64,000 bases of DNA, from the NCBI GenBank assembly GCA_012295275.1, contig CM022673.1, positions 6,200,001 through 6,264,000 of the forward strand, read 5' to 3'. How positions within the stretch are numbered: the first letter of the stretch is position 1; every line of letters starts with the position of its first letter. Positions 51,659 through 64,000 of the stretch are shown here, one piece after another. The notes beneath the pieces were generated by a model. That model was not told where the DNA came from, did no database searches, and saw only the letters and a list, made by a program, of their open reading frames with translations. The DNA comes from Chrysomallon squamiferum (lineage: Eukaryota; Animalia; Mollusca). A program made the translations under genes and the position numbers.

Positions 51659-52880
51659 CGTTGCTGTTTATAATGATAAACTGTTTCTTCGTCGCTATAA
51701 AACAGGCGGCGCGTGACACACTACACAAAGTAAGGGGAATTAATTGGTTTGATCCTTCTTATCTGATAAAACTGACCTGCAGCCCATTATCCGAGAACGA
51801 CAATTAAAATAACGAGATGAAATTTTTCACTACATCGTTTCCTTAGTTGAAGACACCCATACAACGACCACGTCTGCGCAAACAGAAACAGAATTAGCTA
51901 CAAGCTAATCATCATTACGAACAGAGAACCGAAGACTGAAAAGAACGTCCACGACAGACACACCGACACCAACAAATAAACAGCTTTCATATTTTACTGA
52001 CTTGCACTGAAATGATATCACGACAAACGATGTTGTCTACTGTGACATTAATTATTCTTTTCCATAGACAGTCACCGTGTTACATTGTAACATAAGATCA
52101 ACGTCTGAGCTCATCGACGAGCATTGATCCTAGGTTCTGCAGTTTTTCATGCGAGACTCATGACATTAAGAAACATCCCATTGTTTGCCAATATTTGGTC
52201 AGTCTGTATGTATGTATGCGTGTGTATGTGTGTCTGTGTGTGTCTGTGCGTGCGTGTACCTAATTAAATTAGCATATTCTTAATTCAGTTATGTAATTTC
52301 AGAATGTTTTTCTATCTGGACAAAACAGATTTACAACGTTTTGGGGGTTTTACTTTTGAATACTCGGTCACTATTTACACATTCTCGAAATACTTACACA
52401 TCACCACTGTTCATACATCGACATATCTGGACACCCCAGATAATATATCGTCTATTTGTGTAAGATCAGAGATTCATCGTTCAGCATTATTACCTGTTTA
52501 AACAGACATGATCAGTGATTCTGGCGCCGGGGATCTGAAGCTGTTAAACAAATTGAAACTGGACAAAACGCTCCAAGTTCTGGCACTGAAAAGGATTTCT
52601 GAAACTCTACGATACGAGGCAAGCAATTCAGTTAATGTTCATCAACCTGATACAGATCCGCTGATACATTTCATTTAGGATATTTTTAAGAGATGCTAAG
52701 TGTGACAAAAAGGATTGGTTGTGTATCTTTGTCTGTCTGTATGTGTGTGGGAGTAACGATACAGAACCCGCTGGTATGATGGTCAGTTTAATCTTTTTAA
52801 AATCGATTCGTGAATTTGTTTTCAGAGTGGATGGCTCCTGTACTATACGCTCCTTAAAGGCAGAATTTCTTTACATTGAT

Positions 52881-52912
<32 letters not shown>

Positions 52913-52999
52913 ACAAACACACAGGCAAATAAACAAGTAAATAAATAAATAAATAAATAATTATAATATTAATATTATTAATAATAATAATAATAATAT

Positions 53000-53035
<36 letters not shown>

Positions 53036-53810
53036 AATAATAATAATATAAATTATAGTAATAAATAATCAAGTCACTGGTTCGCCGCCATTATAAATAA
53101 AAAATAAAAAAATCATCAGAGAGTGGTTAATATTTCGAATTAATTCATATACAGCTGTCAGCGGACTTTAATTAACTGAGAACGTTTCATTTCATTCTCT
53201 CAGATCTTCGACCTGTTTATCTTTTTTCCTGTCAAGCGGCAGTTTTTTTTCTTCTACGATCAGCATTTAAACTGTGAACAAAGGAAAATAAACTAACTGG
53301 ATAATGAACGAGTTAAGTGAATTTCTAGTCTGAATGACCAATTGTCGCCTTTCGCCACTGGTCATAAATCAGATGTTATTAGTCCAGTCGCAATTAATGA
53401 CCAGTCGCCTAGTCACTTCGAGACAGAGTAGATCGGTGACGTTTCTTAGTTATGTTGTACACGACTTCACCGTTTAAGAACAACAACAACAGCAACAACA
53501 ACAACATTGACATCAACAACATCAGCAACAACAACAACAATAATAATGATAATAATAATCATGATAATGATAATGATGATGATAATTATAATAAAATAAT
53601 AACAATGATAATGATGCTGATGAAGATAATGATAATAATAATTCCTGTTTCGGAGGGGGTTTTGGTACAAATTTAATAATTTTATATCTAATATTTCGTA
53701 TAACTCTTAATAATATAAGAACATAATATCTGCATGTTTCAACTTGTCTTTCGTTATTTTCTTCATACCGTATTGAAAAAACAGGAAAGCCAAATGCCAA
53801 AATGTCGAAG

Positions 53811-53813
<3 letters not shown>

Positions 53814-53892
<79 letters not shown>
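53814..53892. repeat. (GA)n microsatellite
   Basis: Direct reading. Confidence 0.95.
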
Positions 53893-53896
<4 letters not shown>

Positions 53897-56800
53897 TATT
53901 GCCATGACATTATCCTTAACGAATAAACTTTGATCCAATTAACATTAAAAGCAAGTTGTGAAACCATAATTGTTATGTAGACCGTGATCAAATTATCATC
54001 ACTAACTTTCAAAGTCTGACAATGTATATGATTCTCTCTTTCAGGAAATTGCTTCCATTTACCGAATTCATTTACCTTAGTTATGCTTAAGGTGTGCCCC
54101 AGCAATATTAGAAACTACCTATTGTTGTTCCAAGAACGCGAAAATTATACTAGATCCGTGAATGACTTGAATTTCAATCGCTAAATGATTGACTGTAGTT
54201 TCTTCCGGCCAAGAAACCTAAATCCACGTATTCAGCAGGCGGATCAATATTCACAGAGCTCAGATAAATGTTACACCGTAATTTTACCGTTATAAAGTTT
54301 TACCGTTACATTAACTTAAGTTATAATGTCACAGATTTTTTTATTTTTTTTTTTTGTCATAATGATACCTTTGTTACCCTTGGAAAGTACTGACGGAAAT
54401 ATTATCCCTTTGCTCACGTTATTAATAATCGTTATTTTTTTTTTTTTTTTTTTTTTTCTGAAATAAAAGCTATTGAGCTTAACCTCAGCTATATCCATCT
54501 ATGTCACGTTTTGCAATAATTAATAACAAAAATGAAATTAATATATACAGATATGAACTCATTTCCTGAATTCTATGCAGTGAGAAAAAAATAATAAAAT
54601 AATAAAAATAAAGTAAAATAAAACAATCCTGATTTATAATCAGTTACGTGAATTCCATTTGTTTTCTTGTTGTTGTTTTTTTCCTTTCAATGATAAATAC
54701 CATCGGAAACAATCGTCAACGTTCGGATATTATATATTTTGAATTACGAAGTGAATTATTTTATTCATATATCCTCGTTTCGACATAATGTTAAACATAA
54801 TTATATCTATCATATTGTATTGGAGAAAAAAAAAAAAACTTTTTTGTTTGCATATATATAGATATAGAGACTAAATGAATACGCTTTTCAGGTATATATA
54901 TATAACCATGCTTACGTACATATATACAAGCATACTAACATAAATACATAAACACATATCAACATACATATATACAAACATATGTAGATATTTGCCTTAC
55001 AAAACATTACTGTAATTACACGCATACATACATACATATATAGATTAATACATATATATATATACTACACTCATACATACATAGATAAATTCATGCACAT
55101 ATCCTTATATATATCAATCAGCGAATATCTTCAGACACGCGATAAACACAGTCAAATTACGAAACAATATCTCCTGCATTCACCCCGCCCCAACTCACCA
55201 ATCCCTCGAACTCGCTCGCACCCTCCCACTCAGTCTTTCCTCTCTTAGTACTTAAAAGGCATGCGTTTTCGGAGATTGCAAAAAAAAAAAAAAAAAATTG
55301 ATAACGGTTAATGTTTCTAACGGTTAATGCGTCTAACGGTTTTATTCTTTTAACACGGTCTGCATGGGAATACCGCAATCCTCAATCCCATTCAGATCTC
55401 ATAGAGTTCATCCTCTTTACGAGACAAAGACGCACAGCAGAGTAAATATGTGGAAACGCATACGTTTTGTAGCATTTACAGAGATCGATGGTTAAACAAG
55501 GCATCTGAGTGCTTCTTATTTCTGTAATGCCAGGTCTCCAGAGAGAGGGGGTATACGCACACTTAGAGGGGCTTGGGGTTTTTCATAGCGTTTTCAAATC
55601 AATACGATTATACTGCAATAACTCGGAGGTCTGTTTGAGGGTAATGAAAAATACGAGATGAAAGTTTTGAATTAATAAATATAGTAGGTATGATCTATCT
55701 ATCTATATATCTATCTGTTTGTCGCTCTGTCTATCTGTCGTTCTATCCAGCCATCCGTCCTTCTATCCTTCTTTCTATCTGTGTATCTGTCTTTCTTTTT
55801 TTCTTTTTATCTGTCTTCCTACCTAGCTGCCTCTCTCTCTGTCTGTCTGTCTGTCTATACAGAGAAGCGTAAACGGATATGTATGATATATAAATTTGTA
55901 ACGAAAGAAACGAAAGAAAATAAAAAAAATAAAAGGTAGACAGTGATAAATTACAGAGAAAACTGGGGTGGAAAAAAGAAAAGAAAGCGAGAAAGAACAG
56001 TGAGAAAAAGATGTGTTAAATTATTATCAGATAATACTAACATGTTAACAAATTTACTAGCGTCAGTAACGGACGCGAATCAGTATTGGTTAAATTCAGA
56101 AAGACGTTTAGAAAGCAAAACAAAACAAAACAAAACAAACAAATACAAAATTATATATATAAACAATAAAAAAAAAAAAACAACAACAAACAAATAAAAC
56201 AGTTCGTCATATTCGTCATCTTTTTAGCATCACAGTCAACGCCATTATGATTTTCATCTTAATAGTACTCATCATCATATTCATCATGCATATCAATCTG
56301 TTTTTCATTGTCTTTCGTGATCTCGATCATCATTATTATCTTCTTTATTATTACTGTTATTATTAACATTAACGTCATACTGTGGCTGCAGTAGTTTGCA
56401 AATTCTGCTGCGTATATTTCAGAATTACAAGACGCAAACAATAATGTACGTGACAATAAAATTGCCAAAACGCAAACTAAAACCAGAAGCAGTAGAACTT
56501 CCCATTTTACCGCGGCGGCCATCTGTTGTTTTCTTTGCAATTGTTACTAGTTGTCTAGAAACAGTAACTGTGCGATTTGGCGCGAAATGACAGTCATTTG
56601 TAATCTAGAGCGAGGCTCGCTGTTACAAAGAAAGTGCTGCCTGTCTTGGGATTAGTTGTTTAGAAACGATTATTTGCAGGACAGACTGGCATTACGTGCA
56701 ATCTAAAACGTAATAGTTATTTTAAACTGATATTTATCTTTATTAGCGGTTTTTATATGTATATTCAGCTAATGTATTATCAGGTTATTTATTTATTTAT

Positions 56801-58059
56801 TTATTTAAATGTCTTCTTACTGCTACGTAGAGTTTTATGCACATTTAATTTTCGGGTTTTATTTATTTACAATATATTTATTAAAGAATAATATGAAATA
56901 TTAAAAATATTAAGACTAAATAATCTTTCATCATAAAAGATAGGACTGTCGGAAGAAAATAAGAACAACAACAGCAACAGCATAAAAACAACAGCAACAA
57001 CAATAATAATAATGCCAATAAATAAATTTAAAAAAAATAGAGGAAGAAGAAGAGGAAGTAAATAAATAAATAAATAAATAAAATAAAATATAAAAAAAGA
57101 TAGAAAAACCCTAAAAACTTTCAACTTGGAATATTATTACTGAAAACCAGCAAAATGACGGAAGTGTTGTATTGACTATGGAAGCATTGCATAAATACGT
57201 TGATTAACAAGAGTTAATCACTGTCACAGAATGAACACATTTAAAAAGAAAACTGAAAAGTTCACGTAGACGTCATCATGATGCAAGTTGTCTCTGGATC
57301 AAACATCTGACTCAGATAAAAGTCAGTGAATATATTTTAATTTTGCATGTAGCAATAAGACACGGAAAGTAATAATGACGTAGACAATGACCACGTTGCA
57401 TTTATGATACCACGACTATTACCATCGCTAACTATCAGTATAAAAGAAAAAAAAACGAACCAATTACAAGAAAATCCCGCTAAAAATAAACGTCACACGA
57501 CACTGTAAAAACGAAAAACAGATTTTGGGTGAAAATCTGACTAAAACTGTTTAACAAAATAAAGAAGAAAATAAAAGAAAAGAAAAAAAAAAAAAAGAAA
57601 ATGTAACACGAAAACTTCACACCATCTTAAAAAGTTTCGGCAACTTTTCAATGCAGCAGCTTTCTGCTGAATCGAGCAGAGATGAAGTGTGTGCACACAA
57701 CTCGTCCAACGTCAGACGCACGACGACGTTATCTCTCTGATCTTTTTAATAAAACTGAATCCCTCTTCATCTTTTTAAATTTTTGTTCCTTCGCCGACTT
57801 CTATCGCTGCAAACTGACACAACCGCTGTTCTCGAAGCGTCGTTAAGCGGAATTATCGGTCAGCTTTGACTTAGTTTCGACGAGATTTGTTTCGCTCAAC
57901 AAGAGAATCGTTTGGCAGCAATGGACGCGATGTTTGCCTTTGTTATTGGAACGACGTTTACTGTGACACGAAAAAAAAATTACTTTGTGCCATGCACAGT
58001 CTACTTTCTAAGCAAGGTATTAATGGTTAACGCTATTAAGGCTTGGATAGAGACGGAGT

Positions 58060-58095
<36 letters not shown>

Positions 58096-58312
58096 TGTTA
58101 GAAAAAGATGATGGGAAAGCTATTAAAGAAAATAAATTAGTTTCTGTCCATTGCTTTTGTGTTCGAGAGTTCCACCGTGAGTTTCTAATCAAAGCAACAA
58201 TGATATCATTGACAGTGGTAACAACATCACTATAGAAAAGCAATAACAAGGGTTTAAAAAAAAAGTTGTATTAATGATGGTTATGGAGAAAAATTAAAAT
58301 AGAAGAGTTGTT

Positions 58313-58666
<354 letters not shown>

Positions 58667-59439
58667 TCTCTCTTAGTTTATCCAGGAACATCATTTATTA
58701 ATTTACGAACATTATTTAAAAATGATATTCAGCAACTGAAAACTAAACAATAATGCTCTTAGTGTCAACACATTAATAAAAAATATATATCAGACATTTT
58801 TAAATTCATTAATAAATCATAACCAGACTCAGATGAACACGTTAATAAATTCGTACGGGATCTTTAAAAAGAACTACAAGACAACTGGACAATTTCTATT
58901 CTGTTCATCCCGCTATAAAATCGCATTAAACGACAGACGGGGTCTTTGACCTCTTTACATCTCATAGCTGAGACGTGAGGGACATCAGAAGCAGCATCTA
59001 CAAGACGGCTTCACCAACGTCGTTCTACTTGGCATTATGCTCACAGGAAGAACAATTATTTGTAAGAAATTGTGGTCTCGGCAAGTCGAGACTACAGATT
59101 AACGTGAAAGTAGCCGCTAATAATGAAGACGTTTTATATTAAATGGTTTTCAATTCCATGTCGATATTAATAAACAACTAAGCCAGGACTTAAAAGAACT
59201 AGACAGTTCATAAATTAATTGGCATGTTTCGAATTAAGACTGAAATCTGTGACATAAATAAACAAACAGAATTTTCTATAAGTCGTTGTTGTTTTATATG
59301 TTGTCTTTATCGCAGAAGTTGTGATTTTATCTACATGGTAGTTTTTGCATGATCGTAATGATGAGAAATGGTAAAATAATGCGAAGTAATATGTATTTTT
59401 AGAATATTATTACTTTTATTGTTATATGTATTTTAGCAG

Positions 59440-59700
59440 GAACAGTAGAAGTAGTAATAGTAGCAGCAGCAGCAATAGCAGTAGTAGTAGTAGTAGTAGT
59501 AATAGTAGTAGTAGTAGTAGTAATAGTAGTAGTAGTAGTAGAAGTAGTAGTAGTCGTAGCAGCAGCAGTAGTAATAGTAGTTGTAGTAGTAATAGTAGCA
59601 GCAGCAGCAATAGCAGTAGCAGTAGTTGTAGTAGTAGTAATAGTAGTAGTAGTAGTAGTAGTAGTAGTTGTAGTAGAAGCAGAATGTAGAAGCAGAATGA
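59440..59700. repeat. (AGT/AGC)n trinucleotide tract
   Basis: Direct reading; source of poly-Ser/Leu/Tyr ORFs. Confidence 0.92.
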
Positions 59701-60569
59701 AGTAAGTAAATAGTAAAGGAAATTTTGATAACGATGGTGATAATACAATTTGAAAACAAGTAAAATTAAATTTAAATTAAAAATAACAATAACAGTTTTA
59801 AAACTCACTGTTAAATTAAATTCATATTTTCTTTTTCTTTTCCTCTAATTCAATAAGAGAAAAAAAACAGAAAACATGAAGAAGATGAAAAAATCTATAT
59901 TAACCTATCAGCTGGATTGCCGTGGTAGGGAAATGTCGAAGTAAAACAAGCTTATATTAATTTTGTAATCTATAAAGTGGTTTTAGTAATTACCTCCATG
60001 TTATATAATCGATTTCAGTTTAACGTTTATGATGTCACTGTCAAAAACGATCACGACGTCCTCGACTACGTAGTGGTCGAATCGAATATATTTCCATTAG
60101 AACGACCAAAAAAGAAATTAGGATAAGTACATTCGGTTTGACCTAATTTTTTTAAAAACATATCCATTCACGAGAGACAAATTCAGCTAAGTTTAAATGA
60201 ATTAACAACAAGAAGCAAACGAATTCTTAGTACTGTAAGGACAACACTTTAGAATCACCGGACGGCTTTCTAAAATTTGTGAGGAAAATACACACATATG
60301 CACGCACACCCATACACACATATATACATATATCCAAGTCATAAAGAGAGAGACAACGAGAGAAGAAAACAGCTTTTTTTTGTATCAGTGTATCAGTTTT
60401 ATGTATGTTCTCTCTGTATGTATATGTGTGTGTGTCACCGTGTATATATATATATATATATATAAATATGTGTGTGTATGTGTATATGTGTGTACAGACA
60501 TATATCGACACACATTAGCACATATATATACGTACACACAGATAAAACACACACACAGACACACGCACA

Positions 60570-60685
60570 TATACATACATACATATATACATACATACAT
60601 ACATACATACATACATACATACATACATACATACATACATACATACATACATACACACAAACATACATACATAACATATATACAT
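60570..60685. repeat. (TACA)n microsatellite
   Basis: Direct reading. Confidence 0.92.
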
Positions 60686-62399
60686 ATTCTCGTAAAAACA
60701 GACAGACTGATACAAAGACGGTCAAACTAACAGATATTCTGAAAATACCTGTAAAACAAAATTCTAGCTTGGAGTGTTTTGCTAAAACAGGACAAACAAT
60801 TAAGTCAGTGTAATACATCGCTGTGTGTTTACTTTTCACACTTTAGGTTTCAGTTACACTTTCCGGCAAAAACCAAATCGATTGCTAGGTTATTTCAGAA
60901 GACAAATATAAAATAGAGAAGAAGAGAGAGAGAGAAAAAAAAAAAAAAAAAAAAAAAAAAAAACGCCAAGAAAACGGAAAGGTTGAAAAATCAAGGAATT
61001 AAAAATTTATGTCTGTAAGAAGACATATAAAGACCAAATAATATAAATAAAAGAATGACATCAAATAAAATAAAATAAAATAAAATAAACACAAATTGAA
61101 ACCAAACAAAACAATATAAATACATTGATATAAATCGAAAAACAAACAAACAAACAAATAATACGAAATGAATAAACAAACAAATATATCATAAAAAAAA
61201 ATTAATCACTACTTTCTGTTTTACTTTCGTTTCCAGTTGCTTAATTTCCACCCTCATCAGCATCCTCTCTCCTAGACACCACATATTTAATGATAACAAA
61301 ACAGCACTGATTATACAACTTATTTCATTACCTTAGTATCTTTCTGTTCCTATTTTAAAACAATCCATCCACAGGCCGGTTATAAATGAGCTATTTTATT
61401 GAATACCGTGGAAAATGAATCATTCATCGAATACCGCTGTAAATAAATTATTTCATTATTATTTTTATAGTTATTTTAACGTAGGAAGAATATTATTAAT
61501 TTTGTTTTTAAAAATATTTATATCGTTAGCTGGGGTAATTTATTGGGATTTTATTATTTTATTTTTTATTATTATTTCATTTTTTTTTTTCAAAAATATT
61601 TATTTTATATTTTGTTTTAATTTTCTTTTATTGCTCGCTTTGTTTCGATTTTTTGGCTCGTTTTGTTTCGATTTTTTTTTTTAGCTCGTTTTGTTTCTTT
61701 GTTGTTCATAAGTTTTCTTTAGCTATTTTTCTTTTCGTCCTTAATTTCAAAATGAAAGCCATATCTCCAACGAACACACTCATACGTTTTACTAATAAAC
61801 CCTATTCCGTTACAACTGAAAAACAATGTATGAAAGAGGAACAGAGGAAATTTTAGCTTTAGTTAACAAAGACAAGAAAAATAGGTACCACTGAATGGAT
61901 CGTAAACTCGTACGGGACTTGAATAACATTTCGCTTATCGCAGTCACACACCCGTTGATTTCATCACTATAGCTTAAAAGATAACAAAACACATTTCATT
62001 TGAACACGCTGTACGGCTATAGACACGAGAATAGTGGTTAATCACCATTAAAAGCGACCGGGAATAACGGATATTCTGAATTAGGCTGGAAAATTTAACA
62101 TAAGATTCCGTCCTTTTTTATACTTTTTTTTTTTTTTTTTTTTCCACCTTTAATTGGAAGAATATTAACGTGTTAAAGTGAGATTAGGTTGTAAAAAAAT
62201 GGAATTCCGTTATTTCCTTTGTGATAACATATGTTTAAATGAATGTGTTTAGTTAGAAATCATTTATTTTAAAATTTAGAGTAATTTGTACTGGAGAGGA
62301 AAGCGTATTTTATGAGGTGAAATTAATAAGTAAATAAAATCTGATATGTAAGTGAGTAATTAAATGAATGATTAAAAGAAAATGTTCTTACGTGCATTC

Positions 62400-62780
62400 A
62401 TACATATAAATATATTCCCATTCATATATACCATCATCTAACACACATGCATATATACATAACATATACATATACAAGCATATATATATATATACATACA
62501 CACATATATTTAAAACATACATACAAACATACACACGCACATTCATACGTACATATACACACATACTTGCATACTTACATAAATACATCTATAAATATAT
62601 ACATACATAAATATTTAGATATATACACACAAACACACACACATACGTATACATATACATATATGCATATATATACACACACATATATAGATACACACAC
62701 ACACACATATATATATATACATAAACATACATACATGCAGACATACTCATACTAACACATACATACATACACTCATAAAT
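62400..62780. repeat. Degenerate (TA/CA/TACA)n tract
   Basis: Direct reading. Confidence 0.85.
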
Positions 62781-63330
62781 ACAGTTAACATTATTTTTGT
62801 TTCTTCAGTACTCAAACACTCATATTTGAGTTCACATTTATATTTATATATTCAGAGACAGTAACTGATGCCTATTGTATAACGCAAAGTACGCTGTTCT
62901 GCCGTTAAAGAGACACAAATTACGAGATGTCGCAGTTTTGAGGAAGCCACACTTCTAAGTGCTCCTAATCCCAGTTTTAATGATATCATCTGTTGTCTCG
63001 ATTTATCGTTAGACACATCACACTTGTAGTGAGATCGTATTTGCAACGGGAATCATATGTAACATGGTAATTTACGTGCGTGCACTTTCATTTTGAACAT
63101 TTTGCACAGGCCTTAATATGAAAATAAACACATAAATTATAAAAGACTGGTATCTGTACTGAAAAGCAATGAAGCCAATAAACCAACATAACAACAATAA
63201 CCAAAAAATTATAATGAAATTTGAAAAATATTAAAAAATATCTTCGTTGTTTTAATTCATTCAGAGATAAAACCCAGTTACAGAATTAATTATATTGTTA
63301 TATCATAAAAATTAAAATATTGATGCGGAT

Positions 63331-63423
<93 letters not shown>
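63331..63423. repeat. (GA)n microsatellite
   Basis: Direct reading. Confidence 0.95.
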
Positions 63424-63426
<3 letters not shown>

Positions 63427-64000
63427 ACGAAACAAAGAGAAAAAAATAAATAAAAATGAGGGAGATAATATGATAGAAAGGATGATAAATGAGAAAGAAA
63501 GATCAGTCTTCCAGCAAAAATGATCCTCATGTTCCTTTCAGTGTTTAAAAAAAAAAAAACCAGCTTTAAGCTGCGGCAACTGGAACAGCGAGACGCGAAA
63601 AGAGGTGGTAATTTAAGTAAATTAAAACCACTAATTAGAGGCGCACTATCGGAAATATTTTGTGTTTTTTTTTTTTTTTTAATTTTTGCAAAACGTCACG
63701 CACTGCGTTTTTTTTTTTTTTTTTTGTTCTCCGAACACGCTTTTGTGGTTCGATATGTTCTGCGATTCGCAGCCATTTACGAGTAAAATGGAAACAGTAT
63801 TCAGACAATGTTTTCTAACTCTCTTGACATCCTGCTGAGAAATGTTGTCAGTTTTGCGCGCGCAGTACGTCACACAGTTTTGCTCTCTTTGCAAAAGCGA
63901 AACATCGGCAATTACTGTTACGCATTATTGCTGCTTTCCTGCAGCATAGATTTTTTTTTTTTTTTTTTTTATAGTTGTTAATACTGTTTTGTTAGTCTTT

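Overview
AT-rich, microsatellite-dense eukaryotic genomic DNA, most likely a mollusc given the myomodulin precursor. Three protein-coding genes can be reconstructed by hand. (1) A complete multi-exon S10-family serine carboxypeptidase (CPVL-like) on + at 2904-9601, 468-471 aa, with an intact Ser-Asp-His triad. (2) A convergent six-exon Alba-domain RNase P/MRP subunit (RPP25/RPP25L-like) on - at 11026-12933, 188 aa. (3) The main coding exon of a myomodulin neuropeptide precursor on - at 36064-36926, encoding 15 predicted amidated peptides; its signal-peptide exon was not located with confidence. The most notable observation is that the CPVL-like gene carries two homologous phase-0 copies of one internal exon (6157-6246 and 6834-6932), the signature of mutually exclusive splicing. 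These are accompanied by a possible decayed copy of the next exon and a candidate intronic RNA helix bracketing the first copy. The myomodulin array includes atypical peptides (PMSMIRMamide, QLGMLRLamide, SYDMSRLamide). The rest is non-coding: simple repeats, degenerate minisatellites, a hAT-type MITE, tRNA-derived SINE heads and an interstitial TTAGGG-like tract. Nearly all other ORFs in the supplied track are simple-repeat artefacts. All comparisons were made by eye and from memory; no searches were run.
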